Shown here in pieces: positions 1 to 12,733 of a stretch of 46,724 bases of DNA. Where the stretch lies: contig NC_068986.1 of NCBI RefSeq assembly GCF_001194135.2, positions 94,715,876 to 94,762,599 on the forward strand, given 5' to 3'. Numbering within the stretch: position 1 is the first letter of the stretch; each line of letters opens with the position of its first letter. Both the position numbers and the translations under genes were made by a program. Under the pieces are notes generated by a model. That model searched no databases. It saw nothing but the letters and a program-made list of their open reading frames with translations, and was not told the DNA's origin. This DNA comes from Octopus bimaculoides (Eukaryota).

Positions 1-26
1 CTAACCATTCTGCCAGCTCCCCGTCT

Positions 27-81
<55 letters not shown>

Positions 82-311
82 TATATATATACTGAGTGAA
101 AGTGGGAGAGAGGGAGAGAAAACAAATATATATACGGACATGCATATATATGTGTGTCTTACTTTCAAATGTGGGTTCATGCATTTATGATGATAGTCCA
201 ATAAGAAGATAATTAGAAACACTCACATAACTAGATATACACACACATGCATACATACGTAAACACACACACACACATATGCGTGTATGCGTGAGTGTGT
301 AGGTGCGCGCG

Positions 312-342
<31 letters not shown>

Positions 343-775
343 GCCAGATTATCTCTCTGCGTATGTATGTAGGTGTATATATGTATGTATATATATTGGT
401 GCATGTATCTGCAAAGATGTGGCTGTCTGGGTGGCAATGTTGCTCACAATCTGTATATTTTACTGTGCATTGTGTTAATAAACATCCATGTTATACATTG
501 ATAAACACCCATTAGATTGTTTATACATATGCAACTCTCGGGTTATCTGTCTATATATAACCCTGTACTCCCTCAACACACGAACATATGCAGAAGATAC
601 GCTTAAACATATACATATATATATATATATATANNNNNNNNNNNNNNNNNNNNNNNNNNNNNNNNNNNNNNNNNNNNNNNNNNNNNNNNNNNNNNNNNNN
701 NNNNNNNNNNNNNNNNNNNNNNNNNNNNNNNNNNNNNNNNNNNNNNNNNNNNNNNNNNNNNNNNNNNNNNNNNNN

Positions 776-823
<48 letters not shown>

Positions 824-888
824 TGTATGTATGTATGTATGTATGTATGTATGTATGTATGGAATTATAAATACATACATTCGCGTAT

Positions 889-919
<31 letters not shown>

Positions 920-1837
920 CACATATATATAATCAAGCATATATATGTGTGTGTGTATATTTTTATGTATTTATATATGTGTGTGTATTACTGGTTAACA
1001 GCATTTTGTTTGAATACAACATTATACTATAGAATACGGCTGTAGATATTTTTAACCAGTACTCTTACGTATAGACAGATGCAAACATCTTGTCTTATGT
1101 AGAATATCTTCGTCGACAGAAAAAGAAGGATCAGCCAGCAGCTAGCCTAGTATCAATCTTTATTGGAATTTCATCAGTGACTGAATACCATCTTAAATTG
1201 TCAACAGTGGCATTAATTATAAAACCTTTCTTACGAAGGGCTTATCTAGAGTTAGGATCAGATACCGCAATAGCTTGAGTTTCAAATAAATGTTCACAGC
1301 TCTTTGTGATTTTGCAAAAAAAAAAAAAACCTCTTTTAGTGCGATTACCAGTGTGTTAACTAAATGTATTAGTTAAAAAGATACAATCACTGAAGAAATT
1401 CCATAACAGGGCTGAAACAAATCTAACTCTTCCTGCTTTTACTACAGTCCACAAAGAAATGTTGTTATTAATGCGTTTACATATGGTTATGGAATTAAGG
1501 TGTGTTGCTTATTGCTTAGGCTATTCCGCTGACGATCATAAGGCCTTGAGTTCGATCCTCGGCAGCACGTTGTGTTCTTGAGCAAAACATTTTATTTCGC
1601 GTTTTCTCTGTCCCCTCAGATGGCAAAAATGAGTTGTACACGTAATTCAAAGAGCCAGCCTTGTCACATTCTCTCTCGTGCTGAATCTCCCTGCGAACTA
1701 CGTTAAAGTTACATATGTCTGAGGAGTACTCAGCCACTTGCTCGTGAATTTCGTGAGCAGGTTGTTCCGTTGATTGGATCAACTGGAACACTGGTCGTCG
1801 TAATTCACGGAATACCAGTTTATAGCTATACATATAG

Positions 1838-1874
<37 letters not shown>

Positions 1875-3934
1875 ACATATATACATACACACACATACAT
1901 ACATACATACATACATACATACAAGCACACTTATACACACACACACACATACACATATATACATATATATATCCATCCATATGCGCATACTCCTATATGC
2001 ACGCACCTCGGCACAGCTACATATGTCCATTCATCCATCCATACATACATACTTGCATACATACATGCATGCATACATACTTACAGACACACACACTCAC
2101 ACATATAGCACACCGTTCTCTTGCTTGCCCACTTTGAGAGAAATTTTCATTGACATTAGCAACTTTTCTTCCATTTCTTGTTTAATTGCAATGCATTGAA
2201 ATTTTTTCGGCTCAGCTTATCAAATATATTCTGCGCTCCTTCTTCTTCAAGCACGAGGCACTCCTTGAGAATTTTCTTACATCATCACTCTAAATTGTCC
2301 ACAAACACTATATGGGATCTAAAGCAAAGGCGCATCGGAAATCGAATTGATGATAATCATACTGAAGGACGGTTAAATGCTAACGGAGAAGGTAGTGAGC
2401 ATGTACAGGAACATCTGAAAAGGTAAGTCCATCTAAGTCAGCGTCTTCTGTCGCTTCATCCATGGTTCGGTTGATGTGGTTCTGTTTAGTTCTCCAGGAA
2501 GAGAAAAACTGCTAAAAGTTGAAAACAGAATGGCCAGTTTCACACAGAAATGTAGAGACGAAGTGTTTCTTGAATGGTCGGATGGAGCTAACTAGCGCCT
2601 ACATCGCTTTTGTGTGTATAAACTGTTTGAATTTCGTGAATTATCCGAGGAAACATATGACAGTATAGGAGCGTAAGCTGTTTCATATGTTATGAAAAAG
2701 ACAAGTCCCATTAACCAGGAGGGTCGTCTGCTCTAAAGATCAACAGAGTGAGGTCTCGGCATGCCTTGGTAGTTGATGCACGAATAATGGTCGTTCACTG
2801 TTGAGTTGTGAGTTTATATCGAACAGATGTTTTCATGAAGGACAGACCCAGCTATCACCCGAGACTATCGTAAAGATAGTTCCCCTGCTTCTCTTTGTAA
2901 GAACGAGTAGTCATGCTCTACTTGGTGGCTATGACAAAGGGAGTTGTGCGGTGAACGCAGGTGAAAAATTTGAAGACAGAGCATTTTTTCGGATTAACTA
3001 AGTCTACATCTGCTTCTTCAAGTATCAATTGAAAAGGAAGGTGAGGATGGAGAGGGAGGTGCTGCTCCTTATAAATTTTATGAAATGTGAGTGAGAGTGG
3101 CGGTATTGGAGTATTTAATGAGCCAACTCTAAACGTGCTACAATAGACAGATAGTAAAACCTGAGTGGAGTCACTTATCTTTGGTATACCAGTACAATTC
3201 AGGGATTTGTGAAGAGTGTTCCCACTCGTTCTGTGGTTGTCTCCCCTTTTGATTTTTCTCGTTGTTTTTATTAGTAGACACAGCATGTACGAATGACTAA
3301 AAGCTTCGTTTCGCAACCACACGGTCTTAGATTTATCTCACTACGTAACATCTTGGACAATTGTTATTTCCTACAGCTTCGGGTCAACTCACACTTTATG
3401 AGTAACCCTGAGTTAGACAAAAACTGTATAGAAGACCACCGAGTTCGTTGCACCTTTAATTCACAAGGTACACCCTCTGCCCGAGAAATATGCTAAGAGT
3501 ACACGTGTCTGTGAAATACTCAGTAACTGATGTATTAATTCAGGAGCAGGTAATTCAGTTGGCTGAACAACCTAATCCTCGTTGCAGGATGACGGAGGCG
3601 CGCGATTTATTGTTATTTATTGTCATTGTTAATTTCCCTTTTGACTCGATGTAAATCTCCCACTGTTTTGGTAATTCACCCTCAGTACTGTCCCCGACGT
3701 GGCGTCGTGGTAGGGTGAGCGTGGCGATGACGGTGGTAGAGGTAATGATACTGTAGTGGTACGATGGAGGTGATGGTATGGGGGGGCGGTAATGGTGGTG
3801 GTGGTGGTATTTTTAAGATCATTTTCCAGTGACAGTGATGAGACGTTGGAAATGTCACAGGCACACGGTGTAACAATACGATTAAAAAGTTCCGATTGCT
3901 CATCACAGCAATCATACACGCCGCCAAGGCTACC

Positions 3935-3958
3935 GCCAGCACTACCACCACCACCACC

Positions 3959-4019
<61 letters not shown>

Positions 4020-4335
4020 CTCCACTATTACAACAACGACGATGACAATGATGTCCACTACCATTGCCACCACTACCACCGCTACTACAACTACCACCCT
4101 CACTACCACACCAGCACTAATGTCACATCAGAACAACACCGCCAACATTACAACCACGCCACAATCACTACTACTACTTCTACATCACCACTAGGCCATC
4201 GCAGTTTTATCACCACCACCACTACCACTACCACAACCAGCACACCACAATCAAATCTGTAGAAAACCACCCCAATCACAATGCTACGGCAAACATTACC
4301 ATGCCACCATTACTACTGCTTCTATCAACAACAAC
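3935..4335. repeat. (ACC)n(AAC)n microsatellite with degenerate ACT/ACC flank
   Basis: Pure ACC and AAC runs at about 3944-4018, continuing as cryptic trinucleotide sequence. Confidence 0.9.
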
Positions 4336-4829
4336 AAGTGAGCCTCTACATGGTAGTTTGACCTGCTAGAAACAACAGTTACATCCCTTCAGCATAACGG
4401 CCGACCTTAAAAAAGGAAAGACACGTTGAATAACACAGGTCTGCGAAATGGAACTTTTCGAAAATTGTTTTAATCGTTGTGTTACTTTTTATATTTTTGT
4501 GGTGCTAATTCGAAATATTTGAAAAGCTCTTTCCCATTACCAAAGGTTTTCTGACAATTTAATAATAAAATGTACCATAATCTGTAATTCCACATATGTA
4601 TAGGGAGAATTCAGAAAAGAAAAAAAAAACAACAGACGGTGAAGAAAACAAATAGATGTATTAGTATAACTCTCGAGAATTGAAAAATTCCACATATGGT
4701 AGGACAAAAGGAAATAGAAATTAATTTTGTATTTAATTTAGAAAAATAAAATGGCACAAGTGCAATTGAAAGGTGGGAAAAAAGACTCTCAAAAAGGTTT
4801 TATTCATTTTTTTAGGTTCAGCACTTTAA

Positions 4830-6620
4830 AATCTTTCCTTTTCCATCTGGAAATTACACCTGGAGCTCTTTCGCTTGTAAACATTTGATGAGTATTCGTG
4901 ATGCAACATCTAGCAATAGTCGGCCATTTTTTTTTGTGTTGTTTTTTTCGAGGCTGGGAGGGGGCGTTAGGTTATTACAACAACTCCATTATTCAACTGG
5001 TACTTATTTTATCGACTCCGAAAGGATGAAAGGCAAAGTCGACCCCGGTGGCATTTGAACCCAGAACCCACAACTTAAAGATGGACAAAATGGTTTGCGG
5101 CATTTTGCCCGGCATGCTGCGATTGTGCCCGCTCGTTGCCTTATAGTCGGTCATCATATTGGCATTCCATCTTCCTTGATATCTTCTTTCCATCTCCTTT
5201 ATGTCTTGATAAAATCTTTCCCTTTGCCCCTCACTCACATCTCCCAGATTTTCCAGAGAGAAATCCTAATGGGCATGTAAGAAATGAACTTTAATGCTCA
5301 TTTTACATCCTAAGGCCTCGAACTTTTCCTGCATTCTTGCCACTGTGTCCTTGTGGTTAGGATCCATGTGATTACCCAAGAAGTTCTTCATCACACCTTT
5401 AAAACTAAACCATGCATCTTTTTCAGGATCGCTAGGAGAGTTTTCAAATCACTTGACGAATTTCCTTCTATATAGTCTTACAAATACACTCTCTTCGACC
5501 TTGGCCTCCAATAGAGCAGGAATCTTGCTACGCAAATAATCGAATCCTTCTCCATTCTGTGGTAAAGCTTTTACGAATTGTTTCATGAGGCCAAGTTTTA
5601 TATGTAGAGGAAGTAGACGTACCTTTTTCGGGTCAACCAAACTTTTTCGAAGGATATTCTTTGTTCTTGATGTAAGTGTATCCCTACTTGGCCATTCTTT
5701 TTTTTTTTTTTAGACCAATGGAGGTTCCTGGCTTTACTGTCACGTTCACACACACACACATACAGAAAAACCAAGGAAACTTTATGTAGCCTGACTATTG
5801 TCCAAGCAACGTGCAAATTATTCAAGTTGCCGCAAATCATCCAGTTCTGATCTTTGAATTTAATCTTGTGTAAGAGTGACACCAAATTTTCATATGCTTC
5901 TTTCATGATCACTGAGTGTCCAACAGGGATGGAAGTATATTTATTACCATTATGCCGTAGAACAACTTTAAGACTACTCTGTGAAGAGTCCATAAAGGGT
6001 CCCCTTACATTAAGGTTGTAGCCTGCTTATTATACCAAATGGATCTGTACAAACCAAATTATTTTCTTGAGCAAAACTGAGTAGATCATTTAATTCACAC
6101 TAGTTAAATAGTTGAGGTTCTTCACCTTTACTGCTATTGAAACCATTGCTATTTTTGCCCTCTTACTCAGAACTCAAATGTATGTCTTCAAGGTTTCCTG
6201 GTGGTGATTAAACTGGAACGTCTGATCCATCGGCAACAGGTCGCAATGCAGAGGAGAGATTTGGATAAACAATGTTTTCCCCATACTTCGAATTGTATCC
6301 CTGCACCTTAAATAACTAAAAGTAGCAGTCATCACTGTGGGTTTTAGATTGTCTCCATATCATTGGAAACCCAAAACGAAAGGACTTCTTCGTATACTTC
6401 TTTCCATTGTCTCAGTATTTCAACACAAATTGAGAAGACCTTATGTAGAGCCCACTTCTTATCTTGGTCTCCTAATTTCACACCAAAGTAGGCATAGGAA
6501 GATTCATTGACAAAATTCATTAATGTGCCTTTGACGTTTCTTCGTCATAAATTCACCACAAATGTAGCAAAAGTTATCCGGGCTCGCTGCACACCTTCCA
6601 GAAAATGTACTTGCTTCAGG
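4830..6620 (-). mobile_element. Decayed Chapaev3-type (CMC superfamily) DNA transposase
   Basis: Frameshifted segments appear in order: PDNFCYICGEF, YFGVKLGDQDKKWA, MIWRQSKTHSDDCYF, DSSQSSLKVVLRHNGNKYTSIPVGHS, LPLHIKLGLMKQFVKAL, and ERFYQDIKEMERRYQGRWNANMM(T/A)DYC. The family assignment comes from recalled consensus motifs. TIRs were not located. Confidence 0.75.
4928..5142 (-). mobile_element. SINE (AAGGCGGCGAGCTGGCAGAA family) inserted in the Chapaev3 transposase, with a 12-bp TSD
   Basis: Flanked by ATAGTCGGCCAT (4916-4927) and ATAGTCGGTCAT (5143-5154), with an A-rich tail. The transposase frame resumes (ADYC...) after the insertion is removed. Confidence 0.85.
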
Positions 6621-6990
6621 TCATGTGGAGGTCTGTAAAGAATGTGAAAGGAGACATTTTTTTAACAGCATATATCTGACTTACCATCTAAATGTTTACA
6701 TAATATCATTAAAGGAGCATTGAAATGTAACATGTGATACAATAAAACAATGTATGCAGCATATATACATTGAAAGAAAGGTATGAGGAAATAACTGAAA
6801 AAATATAAATATATGTTTTAACATGACCTTAATGTGACCTTGTAAAGTATGTCTTTCTCGTGTCACGACTTGCGGATGGCTGCAGGCACCTCTCTGTGCA
6901 ACTGAAGAGGTCTAAACGTTGCCAGATGCTTATTTTCCTAAATTATGCCTATTAGTTATACTGTTATATACTATTTAAATACGATAGTTT

Positions 6991-7374
6991 GTGGAGGCGC
7001 AATGGCCCAGTGGTTAGAGCAGCGGACGCGCGGTCATAGGATCGCGGTTTCGATTCCCAGACCGGGCGTTGTGAGTGTTTATTGAGCGAAAACACCTAAA
7101 GCTCCACGAGGCTCTGGCACGTGATGGTGGCGAACCCTGGTGTACTCTTTCACCACAACTTTCTCTTACTTCCTGTTTCTGTTGTGCCTGTAATTCAAAG
7201 GGTCAGCCTTGTCACACTGTGTCACGCTGAATATCTCCGAGAACTACGTTAAGGGTACACTTGTCTGTGGAGTGCTCAGCCACTTGCACGTTAATTTCAC
7301 GGGTAGGCTGTTCTGTTGATCGGATCAACTGGAACCCTCGACATCGTAAGCGACGGAGTGCCCACAACCTAACC
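6991..7374 (+). mobile_element. Full-length tRNA-derived SINE with a 15-bp TSD (partial relatives at ~1520-1815 and ~3400-3590)
   Basis: A-box TGGCCCAGTGGTTAG and B-box GGTTTCGATTCC are present. The perfect TSD TAAATACGATAGTTT is at 6976-6990 and 7375-7389. Confidence 0.88.
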
Positions 7375-7659
7375 TAAATACGATAGTTTATAGTAATAAT
7401 AAAAGACAATAGTCAAATTCGGGAATACTGGTAAAATGCAATGATCGATTTTGTGAAGAAACTGTACGTGATAGGATAGTTTCTTTGTAATTTTTGAAAT
7501 CAACAGGTAAAAAATTTATGAATTTTTTTCACCCAATATATGTGAAACAAATTTTGGTCGCAGACCCGTGTAATATATCTTAAAGATACAAAACACACAG
7601 AGTTGCTATGGCTGGAAAGCTTTGATCATTAGTCTCCTTTGTCAGAGTTGATTTGAAAC

Positions 7660-8290
7660 TAAACAACGGCAATGAAAGCGTTACAATCAACAGCAAAGTC
7701 GTTAACAATAATAAAAACGTCGCAATCAAAATTACATCATAATTAATAATAACTTCAAGCACAACATCAATAATGTAGCAATAATCAATCGCAGCAGTGC
7801 TATAACCAACAGTAGCAATGTCACAGTTAATATCAGCAGCAATGTCATAGTTACTATCAGCAGCAATGTCATAGTTAATATCAACGTTACAATCAACAGT
7901 AAGAACTTCACAATCAATAGCTACGATTCACATTCAACAACAATGACACAGCCAACAGCATCAACATCACAATCAACAATGACAACGTCATAATCAACAG
8001 CAGCGTCACAATCAACAACGTCATAATCAGCAACAGCAACGTCAGAATAACGTCACAAGCAGCAACATCACAATCAACAACAACGTCATAATGAGCAACG
8101 TCACTATCAAAAACTACTTCGGAATCAACGTCACAAAACAACGTCATAGCCAGTAACGTCAAAAATCAACAATGTTACAATCAACAACAGCGTCACGATC
8201 AACAACGTTATAGTACAAACAGCAACGTCGGAATAAACATCACAAACAGCAACAACGTCAAAGACAATATCACAATTAATAACGTCACAA
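7660..8290. repeat. Degenerate minisatellite (AACAACGTCACAATC / CAGCAACGTCATAATC-type units)
   Basis: The units AACGTCA(C/T)A(A/G)T and CAACAGCA recur over about 600 bp. Confidence 0.75.
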
Positions 8291-8840
8291 TATTATGGCG
8301 CTAGTAGTGGTGATAGCACTGGTGATAGCTGTAGTTGTTTTGTGGTGGTGGTGGTGGTGGTGGTGGTGGTGGTGGTGGTGATGGCTGTAACAGTGCTAAA
8401 GTGTTGGTAGTAGTGGTAAGGTTTAAATGCAACAATTGTATTACTACCACCACCACCATAACAACAACACTACCGCAACCATTATCACAAGTATCACTAC
8501 AACACTGCTACAATCATAATCACCACTGCCACCATCACCACCACTACCACCACTACCGCCACCACCACCACCACAACAACAACAGCAGCAATAACAACTA
8601 GCGCACTTCCACAATCATTTCCACTAAATGGACCATTACCACCACCACCACAGCGATCCACCATCATAATCTTTACTGCAACTACCATCGTCACAACAAC
8701 ACTGCTACAACCATCACCACCGGTGCTACCACTACGACAAGACTACCACAACCAACACCCACCATCACTACCACCACTATCGTCACAACCAGACTACCAC
8801 AACCAACACCACTATCACTTCCACTACAAGAACAACAAAA
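8290..8840. repeat. (GGT)n run and ACC/ACT low-complexity tract
   Basis: (GGT)n at 8341-8380, followed by an ACC-rich tract. Confidence 0.85.
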
Positions 8841-9204
8841 ATAAAAAGGGGGCAGGTTGCTGACGATATTGTGTCTCCCCTTTGAAGGTCGGCAGATTAG
8901 ACGAGGGTGGAGGTGGAGGAAGAGGGACATGTAAACCTGATATGTATGGTAGAATATACTAAAGAGGTGAGCTGGCAGACACGTTAGCGCGCCGGGTGAA
9001 ATGCTTAGCGGTATTTCGTTTGTCTTTACGTTCTGTGTTCAAATTCCGCAGAGGTCGACTTTGCCTTTCATCTTTTCGGAGTCGATAAATTAAGTACCAG
9101 TTGCGTACTGGGGTCGAGCTAATCAACATGGCCCCCTCCCCAATAATTTCGGGCCTTGTGCCTTGAATAGAGTAATGTTTGGAGAGAGAGAGAGATAAAA
9201 AAAA

Positions 9205-9430
9205 CCACATTATCATCGCCATCATCATTATCATCATCGTCATTATAACTACCAACAACACTATCGTCATCACGATCATAATAGTAATCATGATTGTCAT
9301 CATCATCATCATCATCATCATCACGACTATCATCGTCGTCGTCGTCATCATCATCATCATCATCACCACCACCACCACCACAAACAGCGTTGTCATCATC
9401 ATCATCATCATCATCGTCGTGGCCAACAAC
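9205..9430. repeat. (ATC)n/(GTC)n microsatellite tract
   Basis: Directly visible ATC, GTC and ACC runs. Confidence 0.9.
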
Positions 9431-9514
9431 TAAATGCACGAGCCAACGATGAAGCGTTTACGTTGCCACTCGACATTAAAAATGACAGCCAAATCTCCAA
9501 ATCACACCTTCTGT

Positions 9515-9730
9515 CCATCGTACTGCCCGAATTTGGCACCCTCCGATTTTCACGCATTAGTCCAATGAAGGACAGTGTTAGAGGATAATGGTCTGATGAC
9601 CCGGATGAGGTGAAAGTGGCTGGGAAGGAATGGATGCAACAGAGCACACCTGATTTTCTTCAAACAGGATGTGAGTATTGAGTTCAACGATGGCGCAGAT
9701 ACGTCCCTTTTGATGTAAACTCTGTTAAAT
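9515..9730 (+). mobile_element. Mariner transposase C-terminal remnant
   Basis: PSYCPNLAPSDFH is a decayed YSPDLAPSD motif, followed by DEVKVAGKEWMQQ...QRWRRYV with frameshifts. Confidence 0.65.
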
Positions 9731-10309
9731 ATAATCTTCTACAAACATGTGAACCTTGAACGATCAATGTCCTTTGATCGGCCCACTTTTACATCACTTT
9801 TGATCCAACCCCTGTTGTGTGCGCGCGGTTGCGCACATACGCACAAACACATACATAAGCTTGTGCGTATGTATATACTAAAGGAGTGAAGTGAAGCAAC
9901 GGTTGAGCCCGTACATAGTCACACGCCCAGCTAAAATGACAGCCGTTGACACCCTTACATTTGTAAGATTTGGGGGTCAGTGGTCTGCGGGTTGGTACTG
10001 TGCAGTAGATGCAATTCATTTTCCGGATGAGTGCGCTGGAGCAAGGACACAATGGGCTGCCTCTTCTGGGAATCGAACTATGACCTCACGACAGTGGGTG
10101 TAGCTGCCTAACCACTAGGCTACATATCCTCGCACTAAATACGCTTACTTACAAACTCCCATACATCTGGACGTATACAAATGTATTCATTGTATACCCG
10201 CGCACACACCCTCACACACACACACACACACAGAGCGTTGTACACGTATTCAAATATTCTTTCCCACTCTCGCATACATGTAAATGTATTTTTACACATA
10301 CACCCCATC

Positions 10310-10318
10310 TCTCTCTCC

Positions 10319-10392
<74 letters not shown>
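10310..10392. repeat. (CT)n microsatellite running into an assembly gap
   Basis: Directly visible. Many similar (CA)n, (TA)n, (TATG)n and (TAA)n tracts occur, for example at 28-78, 776-860, 17935-18016, 22880-23090, 33640-33830 and 37722-37762. Confidence 0.95.
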
Positions 10393-11294
10393 NNNNNNNN
10401 NNNNNNNNNNNNNNNNNNNNNNNNNNNNNNNNNNNNNNNNNNNNNNNNNNNNNNNNNNNNNNNNNNNNNNNNNNNNNNNNNNNNNNNNNNNNNNNNNNNN
10501 NNNNNNNNNNNNNNNNNNNNNNNNNNNNNNNNNNNNNNNNNNNNNNNNNNNNNNNNNNNNNNNNNNNNNNNNNNNNNNNNNNNNNNNNNNNNNNNNNNNN
10601 NNNNNNNNNNNNNNNNNNNNNNNNNNNNNNNNNNNNNNNNNNNNNNNNNNNNNNNNNNNNNNNNNNNNNNNNNNNNNNNNNNNNNNNNNNNNNNNNNNNN
10701 NNNNNNNNNNNNNNNNNNNNNNNNNNNNNNNNNNNNNNNNNNNNNNNNNNNNNNNNNNNNNNNNNNNNNNNNNNNNNNNNNNNNNNNNNNNNNNNNNNNN
10801 NNNNNNNNNNNNNNNNNNNNNNNNNNNNNNNNNNNNNNNNNNNNNNNNNNNNNNNNNNNNNNNNNNNNNNNNNNNNNNNNNNNNNNNNNNNNNNNNNNNN
10901 NNNNNNNNNNNNNNNNNNNNNNNNNNNNNNNNNNNNNNNNNNNNNNNNNNNNNNNNNNNNNNNNNNNNNNNNNNNNNNNNNNNNNNNNNNNNNNNNNNNN
11001 NNNNNNNNNNNNNNNNNNNNNNNNNNNNNNNNNNNNNNNNNNNNNNNNNNNNNNNNNNNNNNNNNNNNNNNNNNNNNNNNNNNNNNNNNNNNNNNNNNNN
11101 NNNNNNNNNNNNNNNNNNNNNNNNNNNNNNTATATATATATATAATTATTTAAAATTATAATTTAGGGTATCTAAGAGACACCACCACGCTGAAAATAGC
11201 AGTTGAAGCTTGACTCTAAAACCACAATAAATGTTCATATAGCACCAGGAGAGAAGACGAAGTGACAAAATAAACTAGCAAAAATTACTGGAAA

Positions 11295-11352
11295 ATTCCA
11301 GATCCCGGATTTCTGGCTCTGCATAAGAAATGCTTTGCCTCATCAGTGGAAT
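11295..11352 (-). ncRNA. Type I hammerhead ribozyme-like motif with one extra A before G12
   Basis: The reverse complement reads ATTCCA-CTGATGA-GGC-AAA-GCAT(TTCTT)ATGC-AGA-GCC-A-GAAA-TCCGGGAT-C-TGGAAT. Helix I is 6 bp, helix II is extended, helix III is near-palindromic, and the triplet is AUC. Confidence 0.62.
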
Positions 11353-12044
11353 ATACACATACATATATATGTTCTCACACACTCTGGTCACGCACATACA
11401 ACATATATATGTTCTCACACACAAATATATATAAGTAAAACCAATGATTAAATTTAATGTACTCACTGGAAAGTTTACAAACGAAAGATTGCTATCGTCT
11501 ATGAACCTTAAACCTAAGTTTCTAAAGGATAGACAGCAGTGTCTTTTCTAAATCTATCTATGATGCAGCTGTTGATATTTCGCAACTAAAAAAAAAAAAA
11601 GCCGACTTGGCGAAAGATAATCTGTTCATCCTTAAGGGAATATGTACTAAGTTTCTAGCTGTAAGGAGGATAGGCTCAAAGATTTTCTTGGTCAAACCTG
11701 TCTTGCAGGTGTTGACCGAGATTTTGTTTGTTCTGTTTGCATTATTCGTTTCTGTACATGGCGATGAGCAGGAAAAATCATTAGCACGCTGGACAAAATG
11801 CTTAACGGCATTTGACTTGACGTTTTAAGTTCAAATTCCGTCAAGGTCGGCTTGACTTTTCATCCTTTCGGGGTCGATAAAATAAGTACCACTGAAATAC
11901 TGCGGTCGATGAAATCGACTAACCCCCCCCTACCTCACCCAAATTTCAGGATTACTCGTTTCTATACATCTATTATCCTCTTTATACACATGAACGTATC
12001 CTCATGTGTGTGTCTGCATACGCTTTCGGAAAACTTTTCACGCG

Positions 12045-12272
12045 TGCGAGATGGTGCTGAAGCAGAAAAGTTTCTGGCTTTAAGGGTATCGCGAAAGGCC
12101 TGATTGGAGGCCCAACCTTCCGAGTTCTTTTACAGGGCTTAGGATAACTGAAGGACCGCTGCAATAAGTGTGTGAATCTGAGATGGGAGTATGTTGAAGC
12201 AAGTCATAATCAAGTGATCCTCCTGTATTTTCTGTTACCCCAAACCAGAAAACTTTTCAGCACCCTCCCGTA
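12045..12272 (+). mobile_element. Mariner-derived internally deleted element (MITE-like); partial second copy at ~13490-13620
   Basis: The imperfect TIRs are CGAGATGGTGCTGAA...AAAAGTTTCTGG and CCAGAAAACTTTTCAGCACCCTCCCG, followed by TA. The interior encodes a mariner C-terminal-like piece (FYRA..LKDRCNKCVNLRWEYVE). Confidence 0.7.
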
Positions 12273-12691
12273 TATTATACTGTTTTCACATTGATATTGT
12301 TTAGGGGTGGCTGTGTGGTAAGAAGCTCGCTTTCCAACCACATGCCTCCGGGCTCAGTCCCACTGCATGACACCTTGGGTAAGTGTCTTCTACTATAGCT
12401 TCGAGCCGATCAAAGCCTTGTGAGTGGATTTGGTAGACGGAAACTGAAAGAAGCTCGTTGTATATATGTGTTATTTCTTTACTACCCACAAGGGGCTACA
12501 CACAAAGGGGACAAACAAGGACAGACAAACGGATTAAGTCGATTATATAGACCCCAGTGCGTAACTGGTACTTATTTAATTGACTCCGAAAGGATGAAAG
12601 GCAAAGTCGACCACGGCGGAATTTGAACTCAGAACGAAATACCGCTAAGCATTTCGCCCGGCGTGCTAACGTTTCTGCCAGCTCGCCGCCT

Positions 12692-12733
<42 letters not shown>

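Noticed and set aside
1-1045. Long ORFs of alternating residues ([12 protein letters not shown]) and ORFs spanning X runs, here and throughout the track
   Set aside because: They are translations of dinucleotide microsatellites and N-gaps, not genes.
1385-1420. CTGAAGA...GAAA spacing, and similar core-like hits at ~1171, ~15180, ~19289 and ~46615
   Set aside because: The required helices I, II and III, or the NUH triplet, cannot be formed.
3629-4262. Poly-T/P/H/L ORFs, and similar ones at 8335-9439
   Set aside because: They are trinucleotide microsatellite translations with no splice or homology support.
6895-6930. Hammerhead-like GCAA-CTGAAGA-GGTC-TAAA-CGT-TGC
   Set aside because: It has TAAA instead of GAAA, no workable helix II, and no residue 17 once helix I is paired.
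6991-7070. tRNA gene candidates at the SINE heads (also 24278-24340 and 25720-25800)
   Set aside because: A and B boxes are present but there is no complete cloverleaf or acceptor stem, and they continue into SINE bodies.
11275-11318. Candidate TRMT5 exon 5 (TTATGCAG|AG..., giving EPEIRDLEFSSNFC*)
   Set aside because: It is phase-compatible, but lies 13 kb away, shows no recognisable TRMT5 similarity, and is better explained as part of the hammerhead element.
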